A stretch of DNA of 64,000 nt from Anaeromyxobacteraceae bacterium (GTDB lineage: Bacteria; Myxococcota; Myxococcia; Myxococcales; Anaeromyxobacteraceae), in assembly GCA_032654565.1 (NCBI GenBank), contig JAULAX010000013.1:96001-160000 (forward strand), read 5' to 3'. A model generated the notes under the pieces. The model was not told the DNA's origin, ran no database searches, and was given only the letters and a program-made list of their open reading frames with translations. This document shows, in pieces, positions 21,358 to 33,363 of this stretch. The stretch's first letter is position 1; every line of letters starts with the position of its first letter. The translations under genes were made by a program, and so were the position numbers.

Positions 21358-21498
21358 TCACGCAGCGTCTCACGCGGATCTGACACTCTTGCGGTCGCAG
21401 AGACCCGTGGAACCCAAGTGGGACGCGGGTTTCGTGGGATCGGTCCTGGTGGGCAGGTCACCTGGCTCGCAGGTTGCCGCCCGCCGCTGGAGCGGGAG

Positions 21499-21559
21499 GG
21501 AATCCAACCCACGGTCACGTCTGATGACGTACTCCATGTTGGCACGGACCTACTGGTTC
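21499..21559. repeat. Copy 1 of a ~62-bp degenerate direct repeat
   Basis: Shares GGAATCCAACCCACGGT exactly with 22631-22647; 49 of 62 aligned positions identical by manual alignment. Confidence 0.85.
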
Positions 21560-22515
21560 CGTGGTGGACCCTGGTGAGCCTGGGGGACTGGCGCCAGGGC
21601 GGAGGGCGCAGCCCCCCCGGGGGTCCGGCACGCCATCCGCAGCTCGCTCGAGCCCCACAGGATGGCGCAGTGGCGCAGCAGGTCGGTGCCGATCGCCCCC
21701 TGCCAGCACTGATGCGAGGCCGGGATCACCAGGGTGGAGGTCGAGAAGACCTGGCCCGCGAAGGCGATCGGCACGTCGTCGAGGATCAGGCCGGCGCCGG
21801 TCGAGAGGACCCCGACGGTTCGGCCGCGGTCACCCGACCTCGCGAGCATGGACGGGATGGCCGGGTTGTTTCTCGCCAGCGCCGTGGTGGTCGCGCCGGT
21901 GTCGATGAGCATCTCCGCCGGGACGCCGTTCACCTCGGCCTTGACCACGCGGTGCACCCGGTTGAAGGGGCCGTTGCTCATGCAGCCGTGGTAGTCGACC
22001 TCCCGCCAGGGGCCGAAGCCCGGCGGCGGCGGGATGGTCCCGGCCTCGGGCTCGAAGCGGAGCTCGGCATGCTCCAGGTCGATCACCATGGCCCAGCCGC
22101 GCCGGAGCAGCTCCTGCGGCGCCAGGATCGCCTCGTCGGCCCCGTCGACAGGGTTCTGGAGGAAGTCGAGCGCGACCGGGGCGGAGGCCCCTTCGAACTG
22201 CACGGGCACGTTGGCGAGCTGGACCATCTCGACGCGGCGGCCGTTCGAGTCCACCAGGGTGCTGTCGTAGCCGGAGCCGCGCCGGGCCAGCTTCCGGGCC
22301 CTTGCGAAGCTGGCGGGGAGCAGGCTCTGGGCGGCCCCGGTGTCGAACAGGAGCCGGATGGGCTGACCGGCCACGGTGGCCCGCAGCCACGGCCGTGGGC
22401 CGGACTGGGTCTCCTCGATCTCGAACCGGGTGGCGCGGAATGGCGGGGGGCCGTGGGCGCACCCGCCGGCGAGGGCGAGGGCAAGTGTGGCGAGGGCGCG
22501 GAGGGGATGGCGCAT
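21550..22515 (-). CDS. Lipoprotein with two retropepsin-like aspartic protease domains
   Basis: Lipobox LAGGC; two catalytic motifs LLFDTGA and MLIDTGA; terminal GAIGTDLL. Confidence 0.82.
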   Translation of the reverse strand: MRHPLRALATLALALAGGCAHGPPPFRATRFEIEETQSGPRPWLRATVAGQPIRLLFDTGAAQSLLPASFARARKLARRGSGYDSTLVDSNGRRVEMVQLANVPVQFEGASAPVALDFLQNPVDGADEAILAPQELLRRGWAMVIDLEHAELRFEPEAGTIPPPPGFGPWREVDYHGCMSNGPFNRVHRVVKAEVNGVPAEMLIDTGATTTALARNNPAIPSMLARSGDRGRTVGVLSTGAGLILDDVPIAFAGQVFSTSTLVIPASHQCWQGAIGTDLLRHCAILWGSSELRMACRTPGGAAPSALAPVPQAHQGPPRNQ

Positions 22516-22630
22516 GTGGTGGCGGGGCTCCCGGTGTCGGAGGGCTGGGGGACCAGGGGGACGTCGGAGGGCCATCCTAGCCGAACCCGTACCCGGAGTC
22601 CTCCATCGATCAGGCCCAGGGCAGGGGAAA

Positions 22631-22692
22631 GGAATCCAACCCACGGTGCGCGGCTGGTGACGTACCCTGTGGTTCCTCGGGCCTGCTGGTTC
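22631..22692. repeat. Copy 2 of the ~62-bp degenerate direct repeat
   Basis: See copy 1; the two copies are 1132 bp apart and bracket the protease gene. Confidence 0.85.
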
Positions 22693-22738
22693 ACGGCCCG
22701 CAGGAGGTGCAGACGACGCGACGTCGGGAGGGAGCGCC

Positions 22739-23221
22739 ATGCCGCTCAGGACGAGAAGCTTCGCGACGCTGGTGGCCCTCCTGGCCGCCGCCTGCATCCC
22801 GGATCCCTTCGCCGACAAGGTCCATCCGATGACCATCCAGGACGGCACCTACCAGGTCTCGCCGGTCCCTCCCTCCACCGAGGCCGAGGCGGCGCCGCTG
22901 CGGGCCCTCCGGGTCCGGATCGACAGGGCGACCCGCTCGTTCACGCTCACCGTGGCCGACGGGTCCCAGCAGGCCCTGGAGGTGTCGTTCCGGCCCGCCT
23001 CCGAGTGGAAGGCCGACTGCTTCACCATGGCCAGTCACGTGCTGGAGGAGACGGCGGGCCTGACGCCGGCGCCGCTCCTGATCGAGGGCTACACCTTCAA
23101 CACTCCGATGATCTACCGGATGTGCTGGGAGGGGCGGGTGATCCTGTCCGACGGCCACCCGTCGGATCACGTCCAGCAGGCGCTGCCTGCCCTGGTGCTG
23201 GACCTGCAGGTGGTCCCATGA
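22739..23221 (+). CDS. Hypothetical lipoprotein
   Basis: GGAG RBS; lipobox LAAAC; GC3-rich codon usage. Confidence 0.7.
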   Translation: MPLRTRSFATLVALLAAACIPDPFADKVHPMTIQDGTYQVSPVPPSTEAEAAPLRALRVRIDRATRSFTLTVADGSQQALEVSFRPASEWKADCFTMASHVLEETAGLTPAPLLIEGYTFNTPMIYRMCWEGRVILSDGHPSDHVQQALPALVLDLQVVP

Positions 23222-23380
23222 CCACGCGGAGGAGGAGAGACGGGGTGGATCGGCGGGGGCCTGGCATCGAGGGCCCCACCGTCGGCCGTCCACCGTCGGA
23301 GCCAGTGGCGGCCCCGCCGGAGGCCTCCGGCCCGAAGCGCGGGGGCGGCGCCCGTCCGACCGGGGCGCTATGGTGAGGCG

Positions 23381-25468
<2,088 letters not shown>

Positions 25469-25512
25469 CCGGGCGGCTCGCCTTTCCGCGGCGGTCGCGC
25501 CAAGCTCGGGGG

Positions 25513-26274
25513 ATGTCCCCCCGCCCCCTCTGGAAGGTCCTGGTCTTCACGCCGCTGCAGGTCGCGGTCACGCTCCTGCTCTTCGTCGAGTGCGCCGTGG
25601 TGCTGGGGCTGGCCGCCTGGCCGGCGGCGCTGCTCTGGCAGGCGGCCGCCGATTGGCTGCCGCTCACCGGCGCCTGGCGCACCCTGGCCCTCTGCGTGGC
25701 CGCCACCGCCGGCTGGTTCGTCTTCGGCCTGACGCTGCTGGTGATCCTGCCGGTGGCCCGCTGGGTCCTCTTCGCCACCGGCTCGCCGGTGGGGCGCTTC
25801 CCCTACCTCTCCTGGAACGCCTACCGCTGGGCCAGCTACAACTCGCTCACCCTCATCCTCCGCTTCAGCTTCATGAACTGGATCCGGGTGACCCCCTTCC
25901 TGCCCCTCTACCACCGGCTCATGGGGATGAAGGTGGGGCGCCGGGTCCAGTTCAACACCGCGGTGGTGGCCGACCAGAACCTCATCGAGGTGGGCGACGA
26001 CAGCGTGGTGGGCGGCGACGTCACGCTGGTCTGCCACGCCGCCGAGGCCGGCTACCTGGTGGTGGCGCCGGTGCGGATCGGCCGGCGCGTCACCCTCGGC
26101 CTGCTGGCGGTGGTGATGCCGGGCTGCGAGATCGGCGACGACGCGGTGGTGGCGGCCGGCGCGGTGCTGGCCAAGGGGACCCGGGTGGGCCCCGGTGAGC
26201 TCTGGGGCGGCGTCCCGGCCCGGCGCATCGGGAGGCGGGACCCGGGCCAGGAGGCCAGGGAGACCCCGGCCTGA
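25513..26274 (+). CDS. Membrane-anchored hexapeptide-repeat (left-handed beta-helix) acyltransferase-like protein
   Basis: N-terminal TM helices; GMKVGRRV, IEVGDDSVVG, VRIGRRVTLG, CEIGDDAVVAAGAV, WGGVPAR. Confidence 0.75.
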   Translation: MSPRPLWKVLVFTPLQVAVTLLLFVECAVVLGLAAWPAALLWQAAADWLPLTGAWRTLALCVAATAGWFVFGLTLLVILPVARWVLFATGSPVGRFPYLSWNAYRWASYNSLTLILRFSFMNWIRVTPFLPLYHRLMGMKVGRRVQFNTAVVADQNLIEVGDDSVVGGDVTLVCHAAEAGYLVVAPVRIGRRVTLGLLAVVMPGCEIGDDAVVAAGAVLAKGTRVGPGELWGGVPARRIGRRDPGQEARETPA

Positions 26275-26340
26275 AGCCGACCGCGGGGCCGCTCACCCGG
26301 CGACGGAGCGCCGCGTGAACGACCTCCCGAGGAGCACCAC

Positions 26341-29070
26341 CTAGCGGGCCTTGGCGGGGCGCCCCTCGACGTCGAGGAGCAGCGGCGCCGGCAGGCCGGC
26401 CTTGGCCAGCTGCGGGAGCACGGCCGCGGCGTCGCCGACCAGCACCACCGCCAGGCCGTCGAAGGCGAAGGCCCCGCCGGTGGCGGCGGCGGCGATGGCG
26501 GGCGCGTCGGCCCGGTCGAGGGCCAGCACCTCCTCGGCCAGGGCGCCGGGCGGGCGGCCGGCCAGCACCTGCTCGGTGAGCGACCGGGCCACCGTCGACG
26601 CGGTGAGGAGCTGCTCGGCGATGGCCGAGCGCGCGGTCTCGCGGGCCTTGGAGGCCTCCTCGGCCGGCAGGCCGCCGGCGGTCAGGCCGTCCAGCTCCTT
26701 CCTGATCTCGCCCAGGGCGGCGGCCGTCACCTCGGTCTGCACCGCGCTGGAGACCAGCAGCAGCGGCTGGCCGGCGCGCTCCACCACGACGCTGCCGGCG
26801 CCGTAGGTGTAGCCGTTCTTCTCGCGCAGGTTCTGGTTGAGGCGGCTGGTGAAGCCGCCGCCGAGGGCCACCGAGGCCAGCTGGCGCGCCGCCCGTCCCT
26901 GCGGGTCGACCGCGGGGAGCGGCCGCGAGGCCAGGATGACGGTCTGCGGAGCGCCGGGGCGATCCACCAGCACCAGCCGGCGGTCGGCGGCCTCGGCGCG
27001 GAGGGTGGGGGCGGGGGCCGGCGGCCGGGCCGTGGAGCGCCAGGCCCCGAAGCGACGCTCCAGCGCGCCCCGCAGCGCCTGCGGGTCGAAGTCCCCGGCC
27101 AGGATCAGGACGGCCGCCCGGGGGTCGAGGAGGGTCGGGGCCAGCGCGCGGAGGTCCTGGAGCGTGATCGAGGCCACCGTGGCGGCGTAGCCGTCGGTGG
27201 GGCGGCCGCGGGGATCGTCCGGACCGAAGTTGCGGGCCGCCGCCACCAGGGCCGCCACCTGGCGGGGCTCGGTGGCGCGGGCCTCGAGCTGGGCCAGGAG
27301 CAGGGCCTTCTCGCGGTCGAAGTCGGCGACGGCCAGCCGGGGGCGGAGCAGGGCCTCGGCCATCAGGTCGAGGGTGGGGCCGAGGTTTCGCGACAGCCCC
27401 TGGACCCGGAGGCCGAGGGCGCCGCGCTCGGCGCGCCCCTCGATCTGGGCGCCCAGGGCGCTGGCGGCGGCGGCGAAGGCGGCGGCGTCGAGCGTCCCGG
27501 TCCCGGCGGTGAGCAGCTGGCCGAGCAGGGCGGTGGCGCCGGCCTGGGCGGCGGGGACGGCCCGGTCGGCGCTGGCGAAGATCACCTCGCCGGCGATCAG
27601 GCCGGAGCCGGGGAGCGGCGCGGCCCGGACCTCGATCCCCGAGGCGAGGCGGAAGGTGACCGGCGCCGGCGGCACCACCCTGGCGGCCGGGAGATCGGTG
27701 GGGCGCTGGTCGGGGACGGTCCCGGGCGCGCCGCCGACGGGGATGACCCTCAGGTCGAGCCGTCCTCCGCCCAGGGCGCGGGCCACGTCGCGGACCCCGC
27801 CGGCGGTGACGGCGGCGAAGCGGGCCAGGTCGAGGGCGAAGCCGTCGGGGGTGCCGAGCGCGCTCCGGTACTCGTTGAGCTTGATGGCCCGGGAGACCAG
27901 GTTCTCGCGGGCCTGGCGGATCTGCACCTCCTGCCGGGCCCGGGCGCTGGCCAGCTCGGCGGCGCTCGGGCCGGCCGCGGCCAGCTCGGCGAGGACGCCG
28001 AGCGCCTCGCGCTTCAAGGCGCCGAGGTCGCCGCCGGGCGTGCCGGTGACCTGGAGGCGGAACAGCGAGCCGAGGAGCCCCTCTTCGAACGAGGCGTCGA
28101 CGGCGCTGGCCAGCCGCTTCTCCAGCACCAGCCGCCGGGAGAGGCGCGATCCCGGCCCCTCGCCGAGGATGCGGGACAGCAGCTGCAGCTCGGCCGTGCC
28201 GGTGGTCCAGGCCGCCGGGGCGTGCCAGATGAGGTCGAGGCGCGGCAGCTCGACGCGATCCACCAGCAGCCGCTGCACCTCGCCCTCGAGCCGGACCGGG
28301 GCCCGCGGCGCCGCGCCGGTGCGGGGGCGGGCCACCAGCGGGCCGAAGAGCTGCTCGATGAGGGCTCGGATCCGGACCGGATCGAAGTCGCCCACCACCA
28401 CCAGCGAGGCGTTGGCCGGCACGTAGTGGGTGTTGAAGAAGCCCACCACGTCCTCGAGCCGGGCGGCCTCGAGGTCCTGGTGCGAGCCGATCACCGGGTG
28501 GTGGTAGGGGTGGCCCTCCGGGTACATGGCCTCGTTGATCACCAGCTCGGCGGCGCCGTAGGGCCGGTTCTCGCTGGTCTGGCGCCGCTCGTTCCGGACC
28601 ACCTCGCGCTGCAGGTCGAGCTTGGCCTGGGTCATGGTGGCGCCGAGCGCCTCGAAGCGGTCGGCGTCGAGCCAGAGGAGCGAGGGGAGCAGCGAGGAGG
28701 GGCCCCAGGAGTAGTAGGTGGTCCAGTCCGGCGAGGTCATGGCGTTGTTGGCGCCGCCGGCGGTCTCCATGATCACGTCGAACTGGTTCCCCGGTACCCG
28801 CCTGGTCCCCATGAACATGAGGTGCTCGAAGAGGTGGGCGAAGCCGGTCCGGCCGCTGGCCTCGTCCTTGGAGCCGACGCCGAAGAGGGTGTTGACCACC
28901 ACCCGCGGGACCCGGTGGTCGGGCTGGAGCGTCACGGCGAGGCCGTTCGGCAGGGCGTAGGTCTCCACCTGGAGCGGCGGCGTGGCCGCCGCCTCGGCGG
29001 GGGCGGCGGCGACCGGCAGGAGCGCGGCGAGGACCACGGCGGCGACGGAGCGGGGGATGGACATGGTCAT
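26341..29070 (-). CDS. Secreted M16 family zinc metallopeptidase (pitrilysin-like)
   Basis: Signal peptide; GFAHLFEHLMF (HxxEH); second half SRLNQNLREKNGYTYG. Confidence 0.92.
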   Translation of the reverse strand: MTMSIPRSVAAVVLAALLPVAAAPAEAAATPPLQVETYALPNGLAVTLQPDHRVPRVVVNTLFGVGSKDEASGRTGFAHLFEHLMFMGTRRVPGNQFDVIMETAGGANNAMTSPDWTTYYSWGPSSLLPSLLWLDADRFEALGATMTQAKLDLQREVVRNERRQTSENRPYGAAELVINEAMYPEGHPYHHPVIGSHQDLEAARLEDVVGFFNTHYVPANASLVVVGDFDPVRIRALIEQLFGPLVARPRTGAAPRAPVRLEGEVQRLLVDRVELPRLDLIWHAPAAWTTGTAELQLLSRILGEGPGSRLSRRLVLEKRLASAVDASFEEGLLGSLFRLQVTGTPGGDLGALKREALGVLAELAAAGPSAAELASARARQEVQIRQARENLVSRAIKLNEYRSALGTPDGFALDLARFAAVTAGGVRDVARALGGGRLDLRVIPVGGAPGTVPDQRPTDLPAARVVPPAPVTFRLASGIEVRAAPLPGSGLIAGEVIFASADRAVPAAQAGATALLGQLLTAGTGTLDAAAFAAAASALGAQIEGRAERGALGLRVQGLSRNLGPTLDLMAEALLRPRLAVADFDREKALLLAQLEARATEPRQVAALVAAARNFGPDDPRGRPTDGYAATVASITLQDLRALAPTLLDPRAAVLILAGDFDPQALRGALERRFGAWRSTARPPAPAPTLRAEAADRRLVLVDRPGAPQTVILASRPLPAVDPQGRAARQLASVALGGGFTSRLNQNLREKNGYTYGAGSVVVERAGQPLLLVSSAVQTEVTAAALGEIRKELDGLTAGGLPAEEASKARETARSAIAEQLLTASTVARSLTEQVLAGRPPGALAEEVLALDRADAPAIAAAATGGAFAFDGLAVVLVGDAAAVLPQLAKAGLPAPLLLDVEGRPAKAR

Positions 29071-29139
29071 CCTCAGAGACCGCTCGACCCGATTCGTGAC
29101 CGACCGCCCGCCCGGCCGATCCGGGCCGCGGACCCGGGG

Positions 29140-30945
29140 TCAGTCCGGGCCCATCAGCGCCTGGAAGCGGGGCAAGTGGCGCACCGAGGCCAGGTCGGGG
29201 TCGCGCCGGATCCAGGCGCGGTTGCCGAAGCCGGCGTCGAGCACGGCCGCCAGCTCGTCGAGGGCCCGCTCCGCCGAGCCCTCGAGCGCCAGCAGGCAGG
29301 CCACGTTGTAGCGGACCCCGGCGTCGAGCGGATCGAGCTGCGAGGCCTGCTCGCCCCAGTGGAGCCCCTCGTCGCGCCGCCCCAGGCGACAGAGCGAGAC
29401 GGCGCGCATGGTGGCGGCCCGCGCGTCGTCGGGGTTGAGATCCATGTGGCGCTCCACCACCGCCAGGGCGGCGGCGTAGGCCAGCCGCGCCTCCTCCGTC
29501 CGCCCCAGCGCCTCGCTGGCCTGGGCGGCGAAGAAGGACGCCTGGTAGTGCTCGCCGGCGGCGGCGGCCTCGCGGAAGCGGCGGGCCGCCTCCTCGAGCC
29601 GGCCGTCCTGGAAGCAGGCCCGGGCGTAGTAGTAGTGGGCCTCGGGCAGGCCGGGATCGAGCGCCAGGGCCCGCTCGAAGGCCTGCCGCGCCTCCTCCGG
29701 CCGCTGCAGCGTGGCGAGCGTCAGCCCGCGGGCGGCGTGGGCCTCGGCCAGCGCCGGCAGCAGCTGGACGGCCCGGTCGCTGGCGGCGGCGGCCGCCTCC
29801 AGCTCGGCCTGCTCGGGCGGGTAGTACATGTTGCGCAGCGCCAGCGCCTCGGCCCGCCCGGCGTGGGCCAGGGCGAAGCCGGGGTCGATGGCGGTGGCTC
29901 GCCCGAACAGCTCCTCGGCGAAGCACAGGCTGGCCCGCCGGGTCTGCTGCAGGAACCGGCGGCCGCGCAGGTAGAACTCGTAGGCGCGCACGTCCGGGTG
30001 GGGCGCGCTCCCGGCCGGCGTGCTCCGCTCCGCCTCGCGGAGGATGGCGGTGAGGGCGGCCGCCACCTCCCCGGCGCTGGACGGGCGGCGCTCCGGCTCG
30101 AGCTCCAGCAGGCGGGCCAGCAGCGCCTCGGCCCCGGGCGCCGCCGGGGTGGCCAGCGCCGCGACCGGCCCCCGGAGGCCGGGCTCGCCGTCGGTGCCGA
30201 AGGGGAGGCGGCCGTCGAGGAGCAGGTGGAGCAGCACGCCGAGGGCGAAGAGGTCGGTGCGGGCGTCGCCGGGGTCGCCCCGCCACTGCTCGGGCGCCAT
30301 GAACCCCGGGGTGCCGCCCGCGGCGGCGCCGTGGCCGAAGACCATCGACAGGCCGAAGTCGAGCACCTTCACCTGCCCGTCGGCGCAGAGGAAGACGTTG
30401 GCCGGCTTGAGATCCCGGTGGACCACCCCGTGGGCGTGGGCGTGGGCCAGGGCCCGGGTCACCTCGACGGCGACGCGCAGCGCCTCGCGCGGCGTCACCG
30501 GACCGGCCTCCAGCCGCTGCGCCAGCGACTGGCCGCGCAGCAGCTCCAGCACCAGGTACGGGCCGTGCGGCGACTGGCCCAGGTCGTGGAGCGTGACGAT
30601 GTTGGGGTGGGCCAGGCGCGCCGCCGCCTCGGCCTCCAGCAGCAGCCGCTCCTCCCGCAGGCGCAGGTGCTCCCCGGCGTGCACCGCCTTGAAGGCCACC
30701 GAGCGCCCCAGCAGCGGATCGCGCGCCTCCCAGACCACGCCGAACCCGCCCCGGCCGATCTCGCGGACCAGCTCGAGCCGGCCGATGACGGCGCCGGGCT
30801 GCAGCCAGGCGGCCCAGGTGTCTGCGGGCGGGACGCCGGGGGCGCGGGCCAGCTCGACCAGCAGCGCCGAGAGGGCGCCGGGCCTCACGGCCGACGAGGG
30901 ACGCTCCCGGTCCGGCGGCGGGTGACCCTCACCATCGATGCCCAT
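29140..30945 (-). CDS. Ser/Thr protein kinase with C-terminal TPR domain
   Basis: [33 protein letters not shown]; TPRs from AYEFYLRGR onward; start uncertain. Confidence 0.88.
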   Translation of the reverse strand: MGIDGEGHPPPDRERPSSAVRPGALSALLVELARAPGVPPADTWAAWLQPGAVIGRLELVREIGRGGFGVVWEARDPLLGRSVAFKAVHAGEHLRLREERLLLEAEAAARLAHPNIVTLHDLGQSPHGPYLVLELLRGQSLAQRLEAGPVTPREALRVAVEVTRALAHAHAHGVVHRDLKPANVFLCADGQVKVLDFGLSMVFGHGAAAGGTPGFMAPEQWRGDPGDARTDLFALGVLLHLLLDGRLPFGTDGEPGLRGPVAALATPAAPGAEALLARLLELEPERRPSSAGEVAAALTAILREAERSTPAGSAPHPDVRAYEFYLRGRRFLQQTRRASLCFAEELFGRATAIDPGFALAHAGRAEALALRNMYYPPEQAELEAAAAASDRAVQLLPALAEAHAARGLTLATLQRPEEARQAFERALALDPGLPEAHYYYARACFQDGRLEEAARRFREAAAAGEHYQASFFAAQASEALGRTEEARLAYAAALAVVERHMDLNPDDARAATMRAVSLCRLGRRDEGLHWGEQASQLDPLDAGVRYNVACLLALEGSAERALDELAAVLDAGFGNRAWIRRDPDLASVRHLPRFQALMGPD

Positions 30946-31217
30946 GCGACCAGCTCCCCTGGACCGGGCGGCGAGCGCCCTGGGCCGTTCCACCACCCCC
31001 ATCTACCAGAGGCGCTGCTGGAGCGGGCGTGACCTTCGAGGACGGGGTGCGCCCCTTCGCGCACCCCCCGGCAGCGCCGCTCCCCGGCGCCGGTGTCGGC
31101 GCTCCTCCCGGTGGCCGACCGGCCCGCCGGGGCGCCGGGGACCAGGCGCTCCCGGGCTCGCCCGGCTCGTCCATGGAACCGGGGACCGCTTCGCGCTATG
31201 CGAGGTGGGAGCCACCG

Positions 31218-33293
31218 ATGAACCCCAACGTCCAGCGCGCCCTCGACGAGCTGCCCGCCGAGCCCGGCTGCTACCTGATGAAGGACGGCGCCGGGACGGT
31301 GGTCTACGTCGGCAAGGCCTCCAGCCTCCGCGGCCGGGTCCGCAGCTACTTCGGCGCCCCCCGCCCCGACGAGCGGGCCTTCGTGGCCCTGCTCGACGAG
31401 CTGCTCGGGGGCATCGAGGTGATCGTCACCCGCTCCGAGAAGGAGGCGGTGCTCCTCGAGAACCAGCTCATCAAGAAGCACCGGCCGCGCTTCAACGTGG
31501 TGCTGCGGGACGACAAGGACTTCATCGTCCTCAAGCTCGACCTGGGCCACCCGCACCCGCGCCTCGAGGTGCGCCGGGCCCGCGAGGCCCGCGATCCCGG
31601 GGCCCGCTACTTCGGCCCGTACGGCTCGGCCTGGTCGATCCGCGAGACGCTCAAGCTCATCAACCGCCACTTCCAGCTCCGCACCTGCACCGACCACGTC
31701 TTCGACACCCGCAAGCGGCCCTGCATCCTCTACCAGATCAAGCGCTGCCCGGCCCCCTGCGTCTACCAGCTGCCGGACGGCCAGTACCAGGCCAGCATCG
31801 ACGACGCGGTGGCCTTCCTGGAGGGGCGCGAGCCGGAGCTGGCGACCCGCCTCGAGGCCCGCATGAAGGAGGCGGCCGCGGCGCTCGACTTCGAGGCGGC
31901 GGCGCTGCTGCGCGACCAGCTCCAGGCGGTGGCGCGGAGCCTGGAGACGCAGCGGGTGCTGATGGGCGACGGCGCCGACCGCGACATCATCGGCCTGCAC
32001 CGCGAGGGGCCGGACCTGGTCATCCAGGTGCTGGTGATGCGCCACGGCCGGCTGGGCGACGCCCGGGCCTTCCCGTTCAAGGGGCAGGAGTTCCCCTCCG
32101 CCGAGCTGCTCAGCCAGTTCCTGGCCGCCTACTACGAGCTGGCCCCGGTGCCGGAGGAGGTGCTGGTGCCGCTGGAGCCGGTGGAGGCCGGCGCCCTGGC
32201 CGAGGTGCTGGCGGAGCGGCGCGGCGGCAAGGTGCGCCTCGCCACCCCGCAGCGCGGGGCCAAGGCCGACCTGCTGGAGGTGGCGGCGCGCAACGCCGAG
32301 CAGAGCTTCCGCAGCTGGCACGAGAAGGACGCCCGGCGCGAGGAGGCGCTGCTGGCGCTGATGCGGTCGCTGCAGCTGGCCCGGCCGCCGCGCTGGATGG
32401 AGTGCTACGACATCTCCACCTTCCAGGGGGCGCTGGCGGTCGGCTCCGGCGTCTCGCTGCGCGACGGCGAGCCGGACAAGGCCGGCTACCGCCGCTACAA
32501 GGTGAAGGGGGTGGCCGGGCAGGACGACTTCGCCATGCTCCACGAGGTGATCACCCGGCGGCTCCGGCGGGCCCTCCACGAGGGCCACTTCCCCGACCTG
32601 CTGGTGATCGACGGCGGCAAGGGGCAGCTGGCGGCGGCGCTGGCGGCGGCGCGCGACGTGGGCGTGCCGGTCAAGCCGGTGCCGGGCAACCCCGAGGCCC
32701 CGTACGTGGAGCTGGTCGGCCTGGCCAAGTCGCGCCTGCTGGCCTCCGACCTCGGCACCACCCGGGTGGTGGGGCGGCGGGGGCGGCCGGCGGCGCCCGC
32801 GGCCCGGGCCCTGGCCCTGGCCGACGCCGCCGAGCTGGCCGAGAAGGGGTTCGTCGGCGCCACCGAGCGGACCCCGGAGCGGGTCTTCCTGCCGGCGCGC
32901 AAGGATCCCGTCGTGCTCCGGCAGAACTCGGCCGAGCTCTTCCTGCTCACCCGGCTGCGCGACGAGGCCCACCGCTTCGCCATCACCTTCCACCGCAAGC
33001 TGCGGCGGGAGCGGAACTTCCAGAGCGTGCTGGAGACCATCACCGGGGTCGGCGAGGGGCGCAAGAAGGCGCTGCTGCGCCACTTCGGGGCGCTCAAGCG
33101 GGTGCGCGAGGCCAGCCTGGAGGAGCTGCGGGCGGTCGAGGGGTTCGGCGACAAGCAGGCCGGGGCGGTCTTCGAGTTCTTCCACCCGCCGGAGGGGACG
33201 CCGGCCCCGGCCGACGCGGTGGCCGAGGCGCCCACCGAGGCGGAGATCGACGCGGCGCTGGCCGAGGAGGAGGCGGGCGCCGCGGCGCCGTGA
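31218..33293 (+). CDS. uvrC: Excinuclease ABC subunit C
   Basis: GIY-YIG (PGCYLM...YVGKA), Cys cluster, UVR domain, [21 protein letters not shown], HhH. Confidence 0.97.
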   Translation: MNPNVQRALDELPAEPGCYLMKDGAGTVVYVGKASSLRGRVRSYFGAPRPDERAFVALLDELLGGIEVIVTRSEKEAVLLENQLIKKHRPRFNVVLRDDKDFIVLKLDLGHPHPRLEVRRAREARDPGARYFGPYGSAWSIRETLKLINRHFQLRTCTDHVFDTRKRPCILYQIKRCPAPCVYQLPDGQYQASIDDAVAFLEGREPELATRLEARMKEAAAALDFEAAALLRDQLQAVARSLETQRVLMGDGADRDIIGLHREGPDLVIQVLVMRHGRLGDARAFPFKGQEFPSAELLSQFLAAYYELAPVPEEVLVPLEPVEAGALAEVLAERRGGKVRLATPQRGAKADLLEVAARNAEQSFRSWHEKDARREEALLALMRSLQLARPPRWMECYDISTFQGALAVGSGVSLRDGEPDKAGYRRYKVKGVAGQDDFAMLHEVITRRLRRALHEGHFPDLLVIDGGKGQLAAALAAARDVGVPVKPVPGNPEAPYVELVGLAKSRLLASDLGTTRVVGRRGRPAAPAARALALADAAELAEKGFVGATERTPERVFLPARKDPVVLRQNSAELFLLTRLRDEAHRFAITFHRKLRRERNFQSVLETITGVGEGRKKALLRHFGALKRVREASLEELRAVEGFGDKQAGAVFEFFHPPEGTPAPADAVAEAPTEAEIDAALAEEEAGAAAP

Positions 33294-33363
33294 ACCGGGC
33301 GCGGGGACTGGAACCGGCCCGGGTGGCGTGGTATCCGCGATAGCGGACGAAGGAAGGACGATC

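Noticed and set aside
21488..21560. Intact tRNA gene on the minus strand
   Set aside because: Only a 3'-half resemblance; no complementary 5' acceptor strand or D-arm, non-canonical T-loop, and overlap with a CDS end
23222..23380. LexA (SOS) box upstream of uvrB
   Set aside because: No recognisable LexA-type operator seen here or upstream of uvrC
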